From assembly GCF_009914755.1 (NCBI RefSeq), contig NC_060926.1: 64,000 bases of DNA; one strand, given 5' to 3'. The notes beneath the pieces were generated by a model. The model was given only the letters and a program-made list of their open reading frames with translations, did no database searches and was not told the origin of the DNA. The position numbers and the translations under genes were made by a program. The DNA comes from the human T2T-CHM13v2.0 reference genome, Homo sapiens. Shown here in pieces: positions 1 to 17,541 of the stretch (the stretch's first letter is position 1; every line of letters starts with the position of its first letter).

Positions 1-4487
<4,487 letters not shown>

Positions 4488-5229
4488 TGTGGTCATATCT
4501 GTAGATCTTCTGATTGGCCTTAGAGAAATATATATTAAAAACAAAAATTAAAAATATGCCCAAGATTTAAACTCAGAGTTATTAATTGTGGTTTTATTGA
4601 TTAGGAAGAAAAATAGAGTGTTAAATGCAGTTTAATGATCTATAGAGTGGATGCCTTAATAAGCTATGGTTTCATTGATGAGAATCTATGCAGCCATTCA
4701 TAATTATTAAAAGAAAATAGAACAACATAAAAGAAAAATCCTATAGTATGTTGTTAAAGAAAAAGCAAGTTATAAAGTACAATGATTTCATTTTGTTTTT
4801 TTAAGCATAAATATATCAATGTAAAAAGTATTTATATTTAATCCTTATCAAATGCTAGTTAAATTCCTGGTACTCTAATGAATGACAAAACTATAATTAT
4901 ATCAAGTGTTCACAGAAAATAAGGATTTACTGGAAAATAAAAAAAATGTACTACACTTGGAAAAAAAAAGGAAGGCAAAGAGCTTTAAATTGCTAATTTG
5001 TTGGGGAAAATAATTAAGTTTTCACATTCATGTCACCATAAAAGAGAAAATATATTTCATGATTATGTTGAATAATACCTTTCAATTGTATGGTAACTAA
5101 ACTATTTATTATATATTAAAATCAACACTGTTATTTGGGCTATTTACTTTTCAATTCTTAAAATCAGATAATAAAATGAAATATAAACTTCACAATAAAA
5201 TTTCTAAAAGGCAAAAAAAAAAAATAAAG

Positions 5230-5870
5230 TTTTTAAGTGGCAAATGGGCTCGTTCCTGATTACTGTATAGTTGGATTAAAGACAGCGCTTCTTGTAGAGC
5301 TTGCAGAGGATAGCATATATTTTAAATGTCTCCTCTATTTTAACACTGTAGTCGGCACCAGTCTCCCATCACTACATTGATAGGAATAACAGGGAACATT
5401 TTAAAGCTGTTTTAGCAAGCCAAGGATGTTCATTTTTAACTAAAATGAAACAAATCATGTCATATTTTCAGAATTCATATTTAGTCCTTCATCAGTTGCT
5501 ATTTCCAACAATTTATCCTTTAAAGTTGTCATTACGTTTAAATTGTATTTTGATAAAATAAATCAATTCCAGATTTTATACATTGTTAGGATATGATTAC
5601 TAAACTAAGCTGAAAATATCACAAATTTTAATGTAGTCCTACTGCACATGACTGGTACACAGTTCATACAACATGGGACTCACCATATGAGTTCAGCAAC
5701 ATCCAAACTAATTTTTGTCGTATTCAAGATAACCGGTTCACTGATCACCATTGTTTCAGCAATGTACAATCGCTATAAAATTCTCTAAGTGATTCTTCTC
5801 AATTTCTGCACTCATCTTGTGGAGAGGTAATAACAAATAGCTCACGGACTCACACTTATCCATAGACCAT
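5230..5870 (-). mobile_element. hAT-Charlie DNA transposon fossil with transposase C-terminal remnant
   Basis: Minus strand starts CAGCACTACTCAAAGTATGGTC (Charlie-type end). It translates in part to LKDKLLEIATDEGL...NEHPWLAKTALK, resembling the hAT/Buster C-terminal region. Confidence 0.75.
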
Positions 5871-6112
5871 ACTTTGAGTAGTGCTGTTGTCCTAAGGAGT
5901 TAGGTACAAACTTCACCACAAAGACTAAAGACCTGGGAAGACTTAAATATCACTCAGAATAACTCAGAACCTGACAGTTTGTCCTAATAATGAGGCTTTA
6001 ATGCAAACTGTCACAACTTGTGTCATTTGAGTCCTTCAGGAACCAAACACTGAAATGGTGTTAGGAGTACAAAAGGTTGGGGGCAGGGGGCACTGCTCTG
6101 AAAAATAAAATG

Positions 6113-6262
6113 TTACTTCTCTGATCCTCAGTTTCCTCTTCTGGAAAATAGAAACAATAATGGTATCTATTTCTTAGGTACTATGAGGACCAAATGAGAC
6201 AATGTGTTTCAATGTTAATCCTAGTGCAAGGCACAGAGTAAACACTTAATAAATGTTAATAA
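6113..6262 (+). mobile_element. MIR
   Basis: Core CCTCAGTTTCCTCTTCTGGAAAATAG...GGCACAGAGTAAACACTTAATAAATGTT. Confidence 0.8.
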
Positions 6263-6865
6263 ACATTATTAGTAACAGTAGTAGTAGTACTATGTTATCA
6301 CTATAAAGGAAGAAATTAGAAACTTCTGATGTTGAATTTAGGAAGTTTGTTAAATCTTAGTGTTCAAATTATGAGTAACAAAATTGGCTCCCAAACAATA
6401 TCAGAATAAAATATTAGAATTCTTTTTATTTTCTGAGTGATAGCATAAGAAAATCACCATCTTACAGATGTCATAACAATAATTGACTTAGGTGAGACTC
6501 ATTAATAGATTCTGAAATTATTGTGTGAAAGTTTGATGGGGAACAGGATATTTATACCACCTTAAATCATCACAGATTATTTTTGAATTAACTTTATAGT
6601 AGATAAATCTGCTAGACATAGAACCAAGTTAACATAGACAGAGAACCAAGTTCTAACTTAGACATAGAACCAACTAGACATAGAACCAAGTTCTGTGTTA
6701 ACATCACTCATAATGGGGCAAATTGATGTCATGTGCCTCCTTTTGTGATATGCCAGGAAAGACTATAACATTGCTTATGTATTATTCCTGCCAAAAAGGT
6801 ATTACCTGAATCTGATCCTCAGGAAATATCAAACACACTCAAATTAAGGAATAATATTTTGTTGT

Positions 6866-7185
6866 TTTTTTTTAAGAGATGAATCTCACTGTGTCATCCA
6901 GGCTGGAGGGCAGTGGCGTGATCATAGCTCATTACAGCCTCCAACTCCTTGACTAAAGTGCTCCTTCAGTTTCAGCCTCCTGAGGAGCTGGGACCACAGG
7001 GGTGTGCCGCCATGCCCAGGTTTTTTGTTGGTTTTTTTTATTTGTTTTTTGTTTGTTTGTTTTTGGAGGGCCGGAGTCTCACTATGTTGCCCAGGCTACT
7101 TTTGAACTCCTGGTACTATGAGTGATCCTCCTGCCTCAGCCTCTCAAAGTGCTGGAATTGCAGGCATGTGCCATCATGGCCAGCT
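6866..7185 (-). mobile_element. Alu (AluJ-like)
   Basis: Reverse Alu dimer with T-rich tail. Confidence 0.93.
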
Positions 7186-7680
7186 GAATATTCTTTAAAC
7201 AACAACAACAAAAAACTGGAATGTATTTCAGAATGTTAATGTCATGAAAGAAAAAGAAAAGGCTGAAGAACTAGATTTAAAAAGTAAGAGACATGACAGC
7301 TAAAGACAATGCGTGATCCTGGATTGGTTCCCAAATCAATAAAAAAACAACGTTATAAAGAATATTATTGGAGCAATTGAAGAACATTGTAGATAGATTG
7401 CATATTGAATAATAGTTTCAAATCAGTATTTTCTGAATTTCATCATTGTACTGTGGTTATGTTATAGCATAGTCTTGCTCCTAGGAGATACAAACTGAAG
7501 TATTTAGATTGGTGATAGAGAGGTATTGTCTACAATTTACTCCCAAATAGTTCAGGAAAATTTTTAATAGTAGTATTAATGATAGTAATAATATGTGGAG
7601 AGAGATACCAAATGTGGCAAAATGTTTGGTTCATAATTGGCAAATCCAGGTGAAGAGTATATCAGAGTTCATTATATTAC

Positions 7681-7730
7681 TTTGCCATTAAAGTTACCAA
7701 AATCGCAATTACTTTTGTGCCAACCTATTA
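7681..7730. mobile_element. MADE1 (mariner MITE) fragment
   Basis: GCAATTACTTTTGTGCCAACCTA matches the MADE1/Hsmar1 terminal inverted repeat (TIR). Confidence 0.75.
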
Positions 7731-8605
7731 TTCTTGCAACTTGTCTATAAATTTGAAATACAAAATAAAAGAAAAAAGCATGAGGAGTCAGGAGATGAGA
7801 GGCAGAGCGAGCCTCGGCTGACAGGCAGTTGTTTAGCTTTATGGATAGTTTGCGTACAAGAATTCTTCTGGTCTTGTTTTTTTGACCTTGAGGACCTGGG
7901 GTGAAAAAAGTGCCACAGGTTACAGCCTGTGTATTCATAATATTACTTTGCAGAATGTTTTCCATGGTCACTGTCCATAATCCTCCCCAATTTTAAAAAG
8001 AAAAGCACAGGCCATACTAATGTTAAGAATTCTAATATCAAGCTTTGTTCCTATATAACATGAATTCAAAGATAACTCTGAATTGGTCCACTTGGCCCTG
8101 TTGGAAGCATGTACTCATTAATTAATGTCACTTATTAATTGTTGAGCCAAATGTGGCTGAATCACTCTCCCCCACCCTTCTCTGGTTGGGTATTAAGAGC
8201 AAATAGGCAAGTGAAAGCTGGTTTAACACTTAGCCTCACCTCACCCCCTTCCATCTTCTATCCTTGCAGGAGAGCAGGCTTTTCTCACACAGTCAGGAGC
8301 TGAGGGATGGAAATCCCTGTATGAAGGCTTAGCCCCACTGAGTGTCATGACCTGCTTATTCAGAAGACAATTGTCAATCCACTCTATCTGATTTAACTTT
8401 TCCTCTAAGAATTAGCAAAGTTCCAGAGAACAACAGTTTAGCAGCAAATAAGTTCAACGGAAGTGATTAAAGTTCCATGACATCCTTAGGAAGATAGCCC
8501 AATAATGAGAATTGTCTATCTTGAAACCAAGAATGAGAGGAGCAATTGATGCTGTTACCATCACTTTGGTTTGTCTAAATAATCTCAATAAGGAGAATGA
8601 ATGGG

Positions 8606-8970
8606 TGATATGGTTTGGCTATGTCCCCACCCAAATCTCATCTTGAACTGTAGCTCCCACAATTCCCGCGTGTTGTGGAAGGTAATTGAATCATGGGATG
8701 GGTCTTTCCCATGCTGTTCTCATGATAGTGAATAAGTTTCATGAGATCTGATGGTTTTATAAGGTTGAGTTTCCCTGCACAAGCTCTCTCTTTGCCTATG
8801 GCCATCCATGTAAGACGTGCCTTTTGCCATCTGCCATGATTGTGGGGCCTCCCTAGCCACGTGGAACTGTGAGTCGATGAAACCTCTTTTTCTTTATAAA
8901 TCACCCACTCTCAGGTATGTCTTTATCATACCTGAAAACAGAACACGCAACATGAAAACAGACTAATACA
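8606..8970 (+). mobile_element. THE1 (MaLR) solo LTR
   Basis: TGATATGGTTTGGCT...GACTAATACA with 5-bp TSD ATGGG (8601-8605, 8971-8975). Confidence 0.93.
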
Positions 8971-9463
8971 ATGGGCTTCTTCCTCTTTTTGCTGCTTTTT
9001 GTTTGTTTGTTTGTTAGTCTGGGTGTTCATGACTATTTGATTCATTTGAAACATGCAGGTGGAGTAGGAAAATTTAAGATAGGTTGTCAGCTCAAAAGTT
9101 ATTCTAAAAACTCTGCAAAGTTGTATTTGTTCACTCATCTTCACCTGTCTGTGCTTTATTTTCCCAAATGGTTTACATCAAAAAGTGGACTAAAGACAAG
9201 ATTTCAAAACCTTTCTAGAATTAGCCATTTCAAAAGATAATTGTGAAGAGGCAATGCTTATTTAAGAAATTGGTTTGCCATACTCCTTTAAAAACCCCTT
9301 GAAGCCTTGCCACACAATAACATCCCTTAAAAAAATCAATGTTTATAGGCATAATGAAAATAAATATATTTATTTATTACTCCAAGTAAACTCTTCCTGT
9401 AAACTACATGTGCTGTAATTCCAAAACTGCCTCCTACCATTCCCACATCAAGACTAACCTGAA

Positions 9464-9791
9464 GTCCTGGCATGGTGTTTCACACTTATAATTCCAGCAC
9501 TTTGGGAGGCCAAGGCAGGCAGATCACCTGAGCTCAGGATGTCAAGACCAGCCTGAGCAACATGGCAAAACCCCATCTCTACAAAAAATAGAAAAATTAG
9601 CAGGGCATGGTGGCACACACCTGTAGTCCCAGCTACTTGGGCGGGGTATGGGGAAGTGCCTGAAGCAGAAGGATCTCTTGAGCCTGGGAGGTCAAAGCTG
9701 CAGTGAACCGTGTTCATGCCACTGCATTCCAAGCCCTGGGCGACAAAGTGAGACCCTGTCTCAAAAAACAAAAACAAACAAACAAAAAAAA
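9464..9791 (+). mobile_element. Alu (AluJ-like)
   Basis: Full dimer with A-rich tail. Confidence 0.93.
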
Positions 9792-9994
9792 CACCCGAGT
9801 TTTCTGGACTGACTTTTAAGAGTATTCAGGGAAAGAGCTTTGATCCAGTTGATCCAGGGTCCAGAGACTGGATCTTACCAAAAATGTGGGGGTGTGTGGT
9901 TCAATGAAGTGCACTGAACCTATATCAATCTATAAAATGGTTGATTTCTGACCTACTAATTATAAGGAAAAGTGAGACTTTTGTTTCTTGTTAG

Positions 9995-10488
9995 TGAAGA
10001 GAGCACCTGGTGGCCATCAAGCTGACCATGCAAAGACTGTGACCTTATCTGAGGAATTTAGAAGTAATTAGACTTCCCCATTATCCAAAGCAGGCATCTG
10101 GTTCCAGGCTTCTTTCCCAAAAATTTGTAAGTAATGAGAATTTCTATACATCTCCAGAATGCATGCATGTAGAAACTCATTGTACAACCCTTGCTGACAT
10201 TAAGGCACCAAAATATCTACAAATGTAATCATTTATCATGACCTACATGGCTTACGTGGTCCAGACTACCCTTATGCTCCCGCTTTAAGGTCCATAGGTA
10301 CCCCTAAAGAAAAATCCACCATGGCACTCTCAGTCCTCTCTTGCTGAGACAGCCTGCTCCACCCTTCTGCAGCATCCTTTCTATTTAATAAAACTCCTTT
10401 TCAAACCTATACTGTTGTCGATAAATCCTTTTACCAACCCATGAGTCAACCACTTTCTGATGCCAGGCCTCTGACACCTCGCCTAGCA
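9995..10488 (+). mobile_element. ERV solo LTR (MER84-like)
   Basis: TG...CA termini, internal AATAAA, flanks GTTAG/GTTGG as a degenerate TSD; subfamily from memory. Confidence 0.7.
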
Positions 10489-10709
10489 GTTGGGAGAACT
10501 GTTGGAGGAAAAAAGAAAAGGAATGTGGGAGTACACTGAAAAGTATAAAAATGTAAGGTGTTTTAACACTCTCAGTTGATCCTTAGCTACTGCATGTTGC
10601 TAAAGATCATATGGACAATAACTCTTACTTTTAAACTATTCAACTTGGAAATGTTCCGGAAGTTCTCGGCATATTTGAATTTAATTTTCAAATGCTTGAA
10701 TCTTGTAAA

Positions 10710-10989
10710 TTATTATTATTATTTAGCAGAGTCTTGCACTGTCGCCCATGCTGGAGTGCAATGGTGCAATCTCGGCTCCCTGCAGCCTCTGTCTCCTGGG
10801 TTCAGGCGATTCTCCCTCAGCCTCCCAAGTAGTTGGGATTACAGGTATGTGCCACCATACCCAGCTAATTCTTGTATTTTTAGTAGAGATAGGGTTTCAC
10901 CATGTTGGCCAGGCTGGTCTCGAACTGTTGACCTCAAGTGATTCACCCACCTTGGCCTCTCAGAGTGCTGTGAGTGCAGATATGAGCCA
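10710..10989 (-). mobile_element. Alu (AluS-like)
   Basis: Reverse Alu with (TTA)n tail. Confidence 0.93.
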
Positions 10990-11789
10990 AATATGTACTA
11001 TTTCTAAAATATGAATGGAAAACTATTTTTCAGAGCTACTTAGACAGAAAGTGTACCTAGATTGCCAACTAGCATCTCCTTTTTATCAGGTTTCTGTTCT
11101 TCTCTATGCATCTCATATGTTGTAGCTCTAGAAAAATATAAATATTGTTTTGTGTGTGTGTGTGAACAATGACCCCAGAAAGAAATCTAGCTGCTGGTGC
11201 AAGTAGTAAAAGTGAAGAGATCAAATGGAAAATGTAATTAAAGGATAAATCTTAGTATGAAAATATGATTTGTAGATAAATCAGAAAATGTAATGTAGAA
11301 TTCCATATTAGCTAAATCTAAGACATAAATGAGTTCACATATACAGAAGAATTATCTACTGATGATTCTAGCTAGTGCCAAAATTGTTTATCACATGAAT
11401 AATTTCACAAAAAAAGTTTGTACAAGTCTGAATTGCTGTTGAATCCTTTCTAAAACATCGTGTGTTTCCTATGCAAAGTTTCACACCACATATTAACCTT
11501 TTTTTTTAAACTCCCACCAGTGTAGGAGTTATAAAACAATTAAAAGGCTGAAGTCAGGGTGGAGGGATTACAGTTCTCAGTAATGTTTTTCCTAAATTTT
11601 ATGCCAATAATTAGGTGCTATATCTTATAAATTTAAGGATTTGAAAATGTTTTTATATGATTTCTTATAAGGCCAGGCTCTACTGAATTTTCAGCATTGT
11701 AGGTAAGCTAGGCCACTGTTATGAAAAAATCAAATAGTTTAAACAAACAGCTCATTGACTGATGAGCTTTCAGCCCTCTCTTTGACTAT

Positions 11790-12610
11790 GTCTTTTGCCA
11801 TATGACTTCGTTGTTCCTCCCATCAGCAGGAAGAGTATATTTTCCCACCCCTTGATTCCAAGTTTGATCACTTCACTTGTTTTGGCCAGTGGGGTAATAG
11901 TAGATGTGATACAAGAAGAGGCTTAAAAATGTGGACTTGCCGTGTTGTGCTTCTGCCATCCCAGTAAGAAGGATAAGCCCAGCTAGCACAGTGTCCCAGC
12001 AGGAGGATGAGGGACCCATGGAACAAACCTGAGTTGTCCAGCCAAGATGACCCTCAACTCACAGCTGACTCATGGCCCATTCCCTAGGTACATGAGTGAA
12101 CCCAGCCAAGATCAGCAGGTAGTACAACTTAGCCGAACCCTTCAGGCTCCAGAGAAATAAACATATATTGCTGTATTCACCTGCTCAGGCTGCCATAACA
12201 GAATACCACAGGCTGGGTGGTTTAAACGACAGAAATTTGTTTTCTCACAGTTCTGTAGGATAGAAGTTCAAGATCTAGTTGCCGTCATGTTGGTTTCTGA
12301 TGAGGCCTCTCTTCCTGGCTTGCAGATGGCCACCTTCCCACCATGTCCTCCTCACATGGCCTCTCCTCTGCACATGCACAGAGTAAGTGAGATCTCAGTG
12401 TTTCTCTTCCTCTTCTCATAAGGATACCAGTCCTACTGGATGAGGGCCCCAGTTTTACATGCCATATAACCTCAATTACTTCCTAAAGGCCCTATCTCCA
12501 AATGCAGTCACATTGAGGGTTAGGGCCTCAACATAGGAATTTTGGGGGCATTCAATTGAATCCGTAACAATTGTATGACACACAACAATTTGATGGTACT
12601 AACTGCCACA
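11790..12610 (+). mobile_element. Old MLT1 LTR with a nested reverse MLT1A-like LTR (~12172-12568)
   Basis: MLT1 motifs; inner element GCTGCCATAACAGAATACCACAGGCTGGGTGGTTTAAAC...TCCGTAACA. Confidence 0.75.
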
Positions 12611-13821
12611 TTCAGTAAAAATATATAACGGAGAAGTGAGTTTGGCTTCTTGGAAAATGTTAATTCTCTAAGACATAATGAGAATATTTTATCAAAGTAA
12701 AAAATTTAGATTTGCTTTACTTCCAATATATAAGCTACCTATCCACTGGAGCATGGTCTAAAAGTGACATTGTTGAAGTACAAGGAATTATTTCTACAGG
12801 ATAAGTTTGTTTTCGTTTTTTGGGTGTATGTAAGTCCTACTGGGGAATTTATCTTTAAATAATATTATAGATCCTGTATAAAGTGAATTTTTTAAATTCT
12901 GAAAATGACTGCATTTAGAAGACACAAACATTTACAAAGAAAAAATATCTTACTCAAAGAACAATATAATATTAATCTTGGTCCAAAAGAACATAAGAAT
13001 ATAATCTTATTAAAATGTCAAAAGAGCCTTCTGCTTATTAGTGGAAAAATCCTATCAGTACTTACAATCTTTAAGGACATGCTGTTTTTAGTGAAGTCAA
13101 GAGCAAGTCTTTCTTTCACTTTTTAATACATTAAAAGTCACAGGCTTTTTATAAATTTAACTCTCAAGCTTACTAGCAGTCATTTGCAGCTCATTTCTGT
13201 TAGATTCAATTTATCTTTTAATTAGGAAACCAGAGCCATTTCTGAATACTCCTGAAATTAATGAAAGACTCTTTTTTTTCTATAATGCTGCATACCTGTT
13301 TGAAGGTATACATTTGTGCAACAAGAGAGTAATGAACATCTGATAATGCAGTACTATCGGGGTATTCATCTGAGGCTTCTATAATGCATCAAAACTATTT
13401 TGCTTTATTAAATTATTTTGTATATCTCAAAGACTGCATATTACAGAGTTCCACTGACTATGCAGAAATCAAACTCACTTATTCTTTTCATCCATAGATC
13501 CTCATAACATGTTGTTTTAAATATTTTAATAAAGCACTTCTAACAATTTTTGTAGTTGTCCAAGGTGAGTGAGTATGATGGAAGTCAATTAAAGTTTTTT
13601 TTTTTACAAATGGGAAGCAAAATTTCATAGTAGCTTGTATAAGAAATGATTTGATTTGTACTCCAATTTGAAAATTGAAATTTAAGATATTACTAAAAAT
13701 TTATCATTTAACAAAATTCTGGTTATAACTGCAACTCTTTAATTATTAAAATAAATAAAGACTGAATCAAATGTTGATTGGGATTTTTGTTATATAAAAT
13801 TTTTATGACAAAATTGTTAGG

Positions 13822-14080
13822 TGCTAAATGCAATGCTGTAGCCTGGATTTGATCCTAGAAGAGAAAAAGGACATTCGTGGAGAAAAATCAGTGAAATCTG
13901 AATACAATCGGGGGTGTAGTTAATAGTAATATACCAATGTCAGTTTCTTAGTTTTGACAAATATACCATGGTAATTTAAGATGTTAACATTGGAGAAAAC
14001 TAGATAAGGGATAGGCAGGAACTCTGTATTATCTTTGCACTATAAATCTAAAATTATTCTAAAATAAAATTTATTAAAAA
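13822..14080 (+). mobile_element. L1M 3'-end fragment
   Basis: AATGCAATG..CCTGGATTTGATCCTAGAA...GGAACTCTGTATTATCTTTGCA...TCTAAAATAAAA. Confidence 0.75.
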
Positions 14081-14975
14081 TTATTAGATGACCTGATATG
14101 ATATTCTTCATTCAGTTTAGCAGCACAGTCATAAAGAGATTCATCTCTGCAGAAATATGTGAAGGCTGTACCAATTTTCCCAAGAGCCTCTCTTAATCCC
14201 CTGAAACACAAATCTTCCTTTCTTGAAAGCACACAATCCTTGTCATAATCCTCGTAGATTTTCTCTTCTTTAACAGTAACTGCTCTTGAGTCTGCCATAT
14301 CCTCACTGTCTATGACTTTCCATTTTGTCCATCACTTTGCTCAATTAAATGAAGTCTAACATCCTTTGCAATATTTATGATTGCACTTCGTAGTCAATAT
14401 GTGCTCCCCACCCCTTCTCATAGCACTTGAAAGGAAAATGCCTGTTAAAAGATGATAGACTCTAGAGTGAAGATGGGAGAGAAGTTGGAGGGCAGGCTAA
14501 TTTTCTAAGTAGTCAGTTTTTTTTTTTTTAACAAAATGGCCTACATAACCTTATAACTATAGGAACACCGGTAATATTTGGAAGGCAAAGAACCTTATGT
14601 TTCTACTTTTCCTGTAATATAAATATATAAAGAATTGAAGAAATAAAGCAGCTAATGAGAATTGGCAGCCAATTAAAAAAGAAAAAAGACTCAAGAAAGA
14701 TGCAAACAAGAGGCACAAACTATGTACAGAGATTTTCTTCCTTCTGTGGAGCACTGTGTCATAAGAAAGACTCCCAGAAACAGATGACAAAAATGGCCAA
14801 CTTTCAATCTTCCCATAGTTATGTTTCCATAGAAGGCAGGGATGTACATAAACCTACACTCAGGCCTAAGGGAAGTTCAACACAGGCCCTTACCCAGTTA
14901 TAATGTGATCATTCTGATACCTTTATGTTTGTTTTTTCAGGCTATCCAAAAGGGAAGAACACAGAAACCCAGGCT

Positions 14976-15015
14976 AAAGTGCTGGGATTACAGGCGTGAG
15001 CCATTATGCTTGGCC
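14976..15015 (-). mobile_element. Alu 5' stub (first ~40 nt only); left inversion breakpoint
   Basis: Reverse complement is GGCCAAGCATAATGGCTCACGCCTGTAATCCCAGCACTTT, then Alu similarity ends abruptly. Confidence 0.9.
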
Positions 15016-16360
15016 CTGGCAATCTTTAAGTGGAGACATTTGTAGTAATTTATACAATGTACTGTGCTGTGGTGCAGTGTATGCTATGATCTTTATTAAC
15101 TGGAAAATAAATAGCTATTAATGAAGAGGGCCCCATCCTTTGGTAGATTTTCTGTAAAGCCCCTATCCCTAGAGTAAAATACTTGCATCTGTGTATAAGA
15201 GATAATGGGTTTGAAAATCTAAATTACCAAAAATTGGCTTAATCTCATTGATAACATAGTTAATTCTCTGCAGTCAGAAACAAAGTATTTTATGTAAAGG
15301 AAAAGTAGAGTGTTCTATGGTTTTATTTGCTTATTTTGCTTTGTTTTATAAGGTTGGTAGTGGAAACTTATTTTTATTAGCAACCATTATTGATGAGTGT
15401 TTCTTGAATTCCAAATGAGGGAGAAACCTCTGTTTTTATGTCTTATGTCAATAACATATTTTATTCCCTTCATATCAGGTAATAAATGATAACTCACTAA
15501 CTTATTAGTGTTATGTTCACTTCATTCCCCAAGTACCTATTAGCCCTAGGGACAAAAATCTTGAAAGGATCAAGTCACACTGAATCTCTCCCATGGTGGC
15601 CAACATACAACTGCCCTGGGGGACCCTCCCCAGGGTGATTTCTCTATTACTCACTTTTCACTCTCACTTTTATCAGTGTCCTTGACCATAGCTGCAGTCA
15701 TCTAATAGCAATTCAAAGGAGGTGGCATAAAAATATAATGTGCAGATAAATGCAGCAGGGAATCCAATCTGTGTCCAGATCTGGCACTTCCTTTGTAAAT
15801 TACTCAACTAGATTTTGAAGTTCTTAAGGACAATGACCTCTTTTCTGCCTCTCTCGTGTCTTTTTCTGTGCCTGGTATGTTTCTATAATTCTATCTAGTT
15901 TTTGACTGGTTAGTTGATTGATCAGATTCATCTTTTTGGCTATCATACAAAAAAAGTCTATAAAATGTATATAAACTAGTTAATATAAAGAATTCTGACA
16001 TCATTTTCTCAGCATGAACAAAAATATAGTAGAAATGTTATTATAACACAATTGTTGGCCAGAAGAAATACATCTGTATTTTGAAGGAAAAAGAATATGT
16101 TCTGTTCAATCAGTACAACTAAATGTAACGTGTAGAGAAACTCAGAAAAAAATATATAGTTATATAAGGTAATTATATTTGAGTGATGTTTTTAAATTCT
16201 ATTTCTCAAATATTCTACGAAAAATTTATATTACGTTAAAGGTAAGAAATACAAAGGAAGAAGCATGGCAGACACAATTTCATTGATTAAAAATGTTTCT
16301 GCTCTTTCATTAGAAAATTTTAGAATGAATAAATATTTCATTTAAAAATAGGTACACAGA

Positions 16361-16662
16361 GTCTGGGTGTGGTGGCTCACGCCTGTAATCCCAGCACTTT
16401 GGGAGGCCAAGGCAGACAGATTGCCTGAGGTCAGGAGATCGCAACCAGCCTGGCCAACATAGGGAAACTCCATTGCTACTAAAAATACAAAAATTAGCTG
16501 TGTGTGGTGGCATGTGCCTATAATCCCAGCTACTCGGGAGGCTGAGGCAGGAGAATCACTTGAGGCAGAGGTTGCAGTGAGCCAAGATCACACCACTGCA
16601 CTCCTGCCCAGGCAACAGAGTAAGACTCCATCTCAAAAAATTAAAAAAAATAAAAATAAAAA
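16361..16662 (+). mobile_element. Alu (AluS-like)
   Basis: Full dimer; degenerate TSD around GTACACA. Confidence 0.95.
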
Positions 16663-17139
16663 TGTACACAAAAAAAGTTAGCCTTGAGAAACTTTCCATT
16701 GTGAAAGAGGAAGTAAAATTATATTGATTTAAAAAATTGTCATCAGTTTATTGGTAGAGCTATGGCTACTATAGCTTCGGAGGTCTTAAAAATAGACTTT
16801 GCCAAAGCAACTACAGCCACCATAGTATTTCAGATAAAGGATCCTTTCTAAATAGGTGGTATTTACTTTATGTCCTTAATTGTAAACCAATGAATGAATG
16901 AACAGTATAGCTGAACATTGAGTACATAACGTTTGTCTTTATCTAAACATTTGCCTTAAACCCTAATCAATTTATTAATTATGCTTACATAATAAACCTT
17001 GACCTAGATCAAAATAACATAGTAGGCAGGAAAAACAGGAGAGAATTCCAAAGACTTGTGGCTTGAAAGACAGTGGGACTTGTTGAGATCACCACATTTA
17101 TAAGTCCAAACCCCATATCCCTACATTAATTTGTAAACA

Positions 17140-17541
17140 ACTCCTAGAATTGTGTCCCCACAAAAGATGTTGAAGTCTTAACATCCAGTACTTGTGCATG
17201 TGACCTTATTTGGAAATAGGGTCTTCACAGAGGTAATCAAGTCAAATAAAGTCATTAGGGTAGACTCTAACCCAATATGACTGGTATTCTTATTAAAAGA
17301 GCAAATTTGGACACAGAGACAGACATGAACATGGGGAGAATGCCATTGAACATGAAGGCAGAGATTGGGGTGATGATTCTACAAGTGAAAGAACACCAAA
17401 GATTGCCAGCAAACCACAAGTTATGAGAAAGGCATGAACAGATTCTCTCTCAGCCCTCAGAAAGAACCAATCCTGCTGACACCTTAATATTAGATTTTGG
17501 GCCTCCAGAACTGTGAGACCACACATTTCTGTTGCTTAAGC
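17140..17541 (+). mobile_element. MLT1B/C LTR
   Basis: TGTGACCTTATTTGGAAATAGGGTCTT...GGCCTCCAGAACTGTGAGA. Confidence 0.85.

Larger units (their letters stand above)
6370..7770 (+). mobile_element. Old L1M (L1MC/MD/ME-type) 3' region, interrupted by an Alu and a MADE1 fragment
   Basis: L1M 3'UTR-like motifs (GTGATCCTGGATTGG, ATTGTACTGTGGTTATG, CTTGCAACTTGTCTATAAATTTGAAAT). Confidence 0.65.
8352..14975 (-). pseudogene. Decayed multi-exon protein-coding gene, inferred 3' segment; unidentified
   Basis: Hand-built minus-strand exons: 14853-14728 VYVHPCLLWKHNYGKIESWPF; 14611-14550; 14441-14093 ..ADSRAVTVKEEKIYEDYDKDC..; 13564-13479; 13378-13296; 13251-13174; 13119-13066; 12873-12739; 11468-11345; 11127-11057; 10701-10570; 9189-8352. 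Mostly GT/AG bounded (two acceptors decayed). Junction phases are compatible from 14853 to 11468 allowing one internal frameshift. Scattered stops. Confidence 0.65.

Noticed and set aside
6613-6692. CRISPR-like repeat-spacer array
   Set aside because: Eukaryotic context, spacers only 1-6 nt, no cas genes.
14074-14298. 74-aa ORF as a standalone small gene
   Set aside because: Better explained as the open part of an internal exon of the decayed gene; its end runs into an L1M fragment.
15614-15636. Short palindrome CCCTGGGG..CCCCAGGG
   Set aside because: An 8-bp stem is expected by chance in 64 kb.
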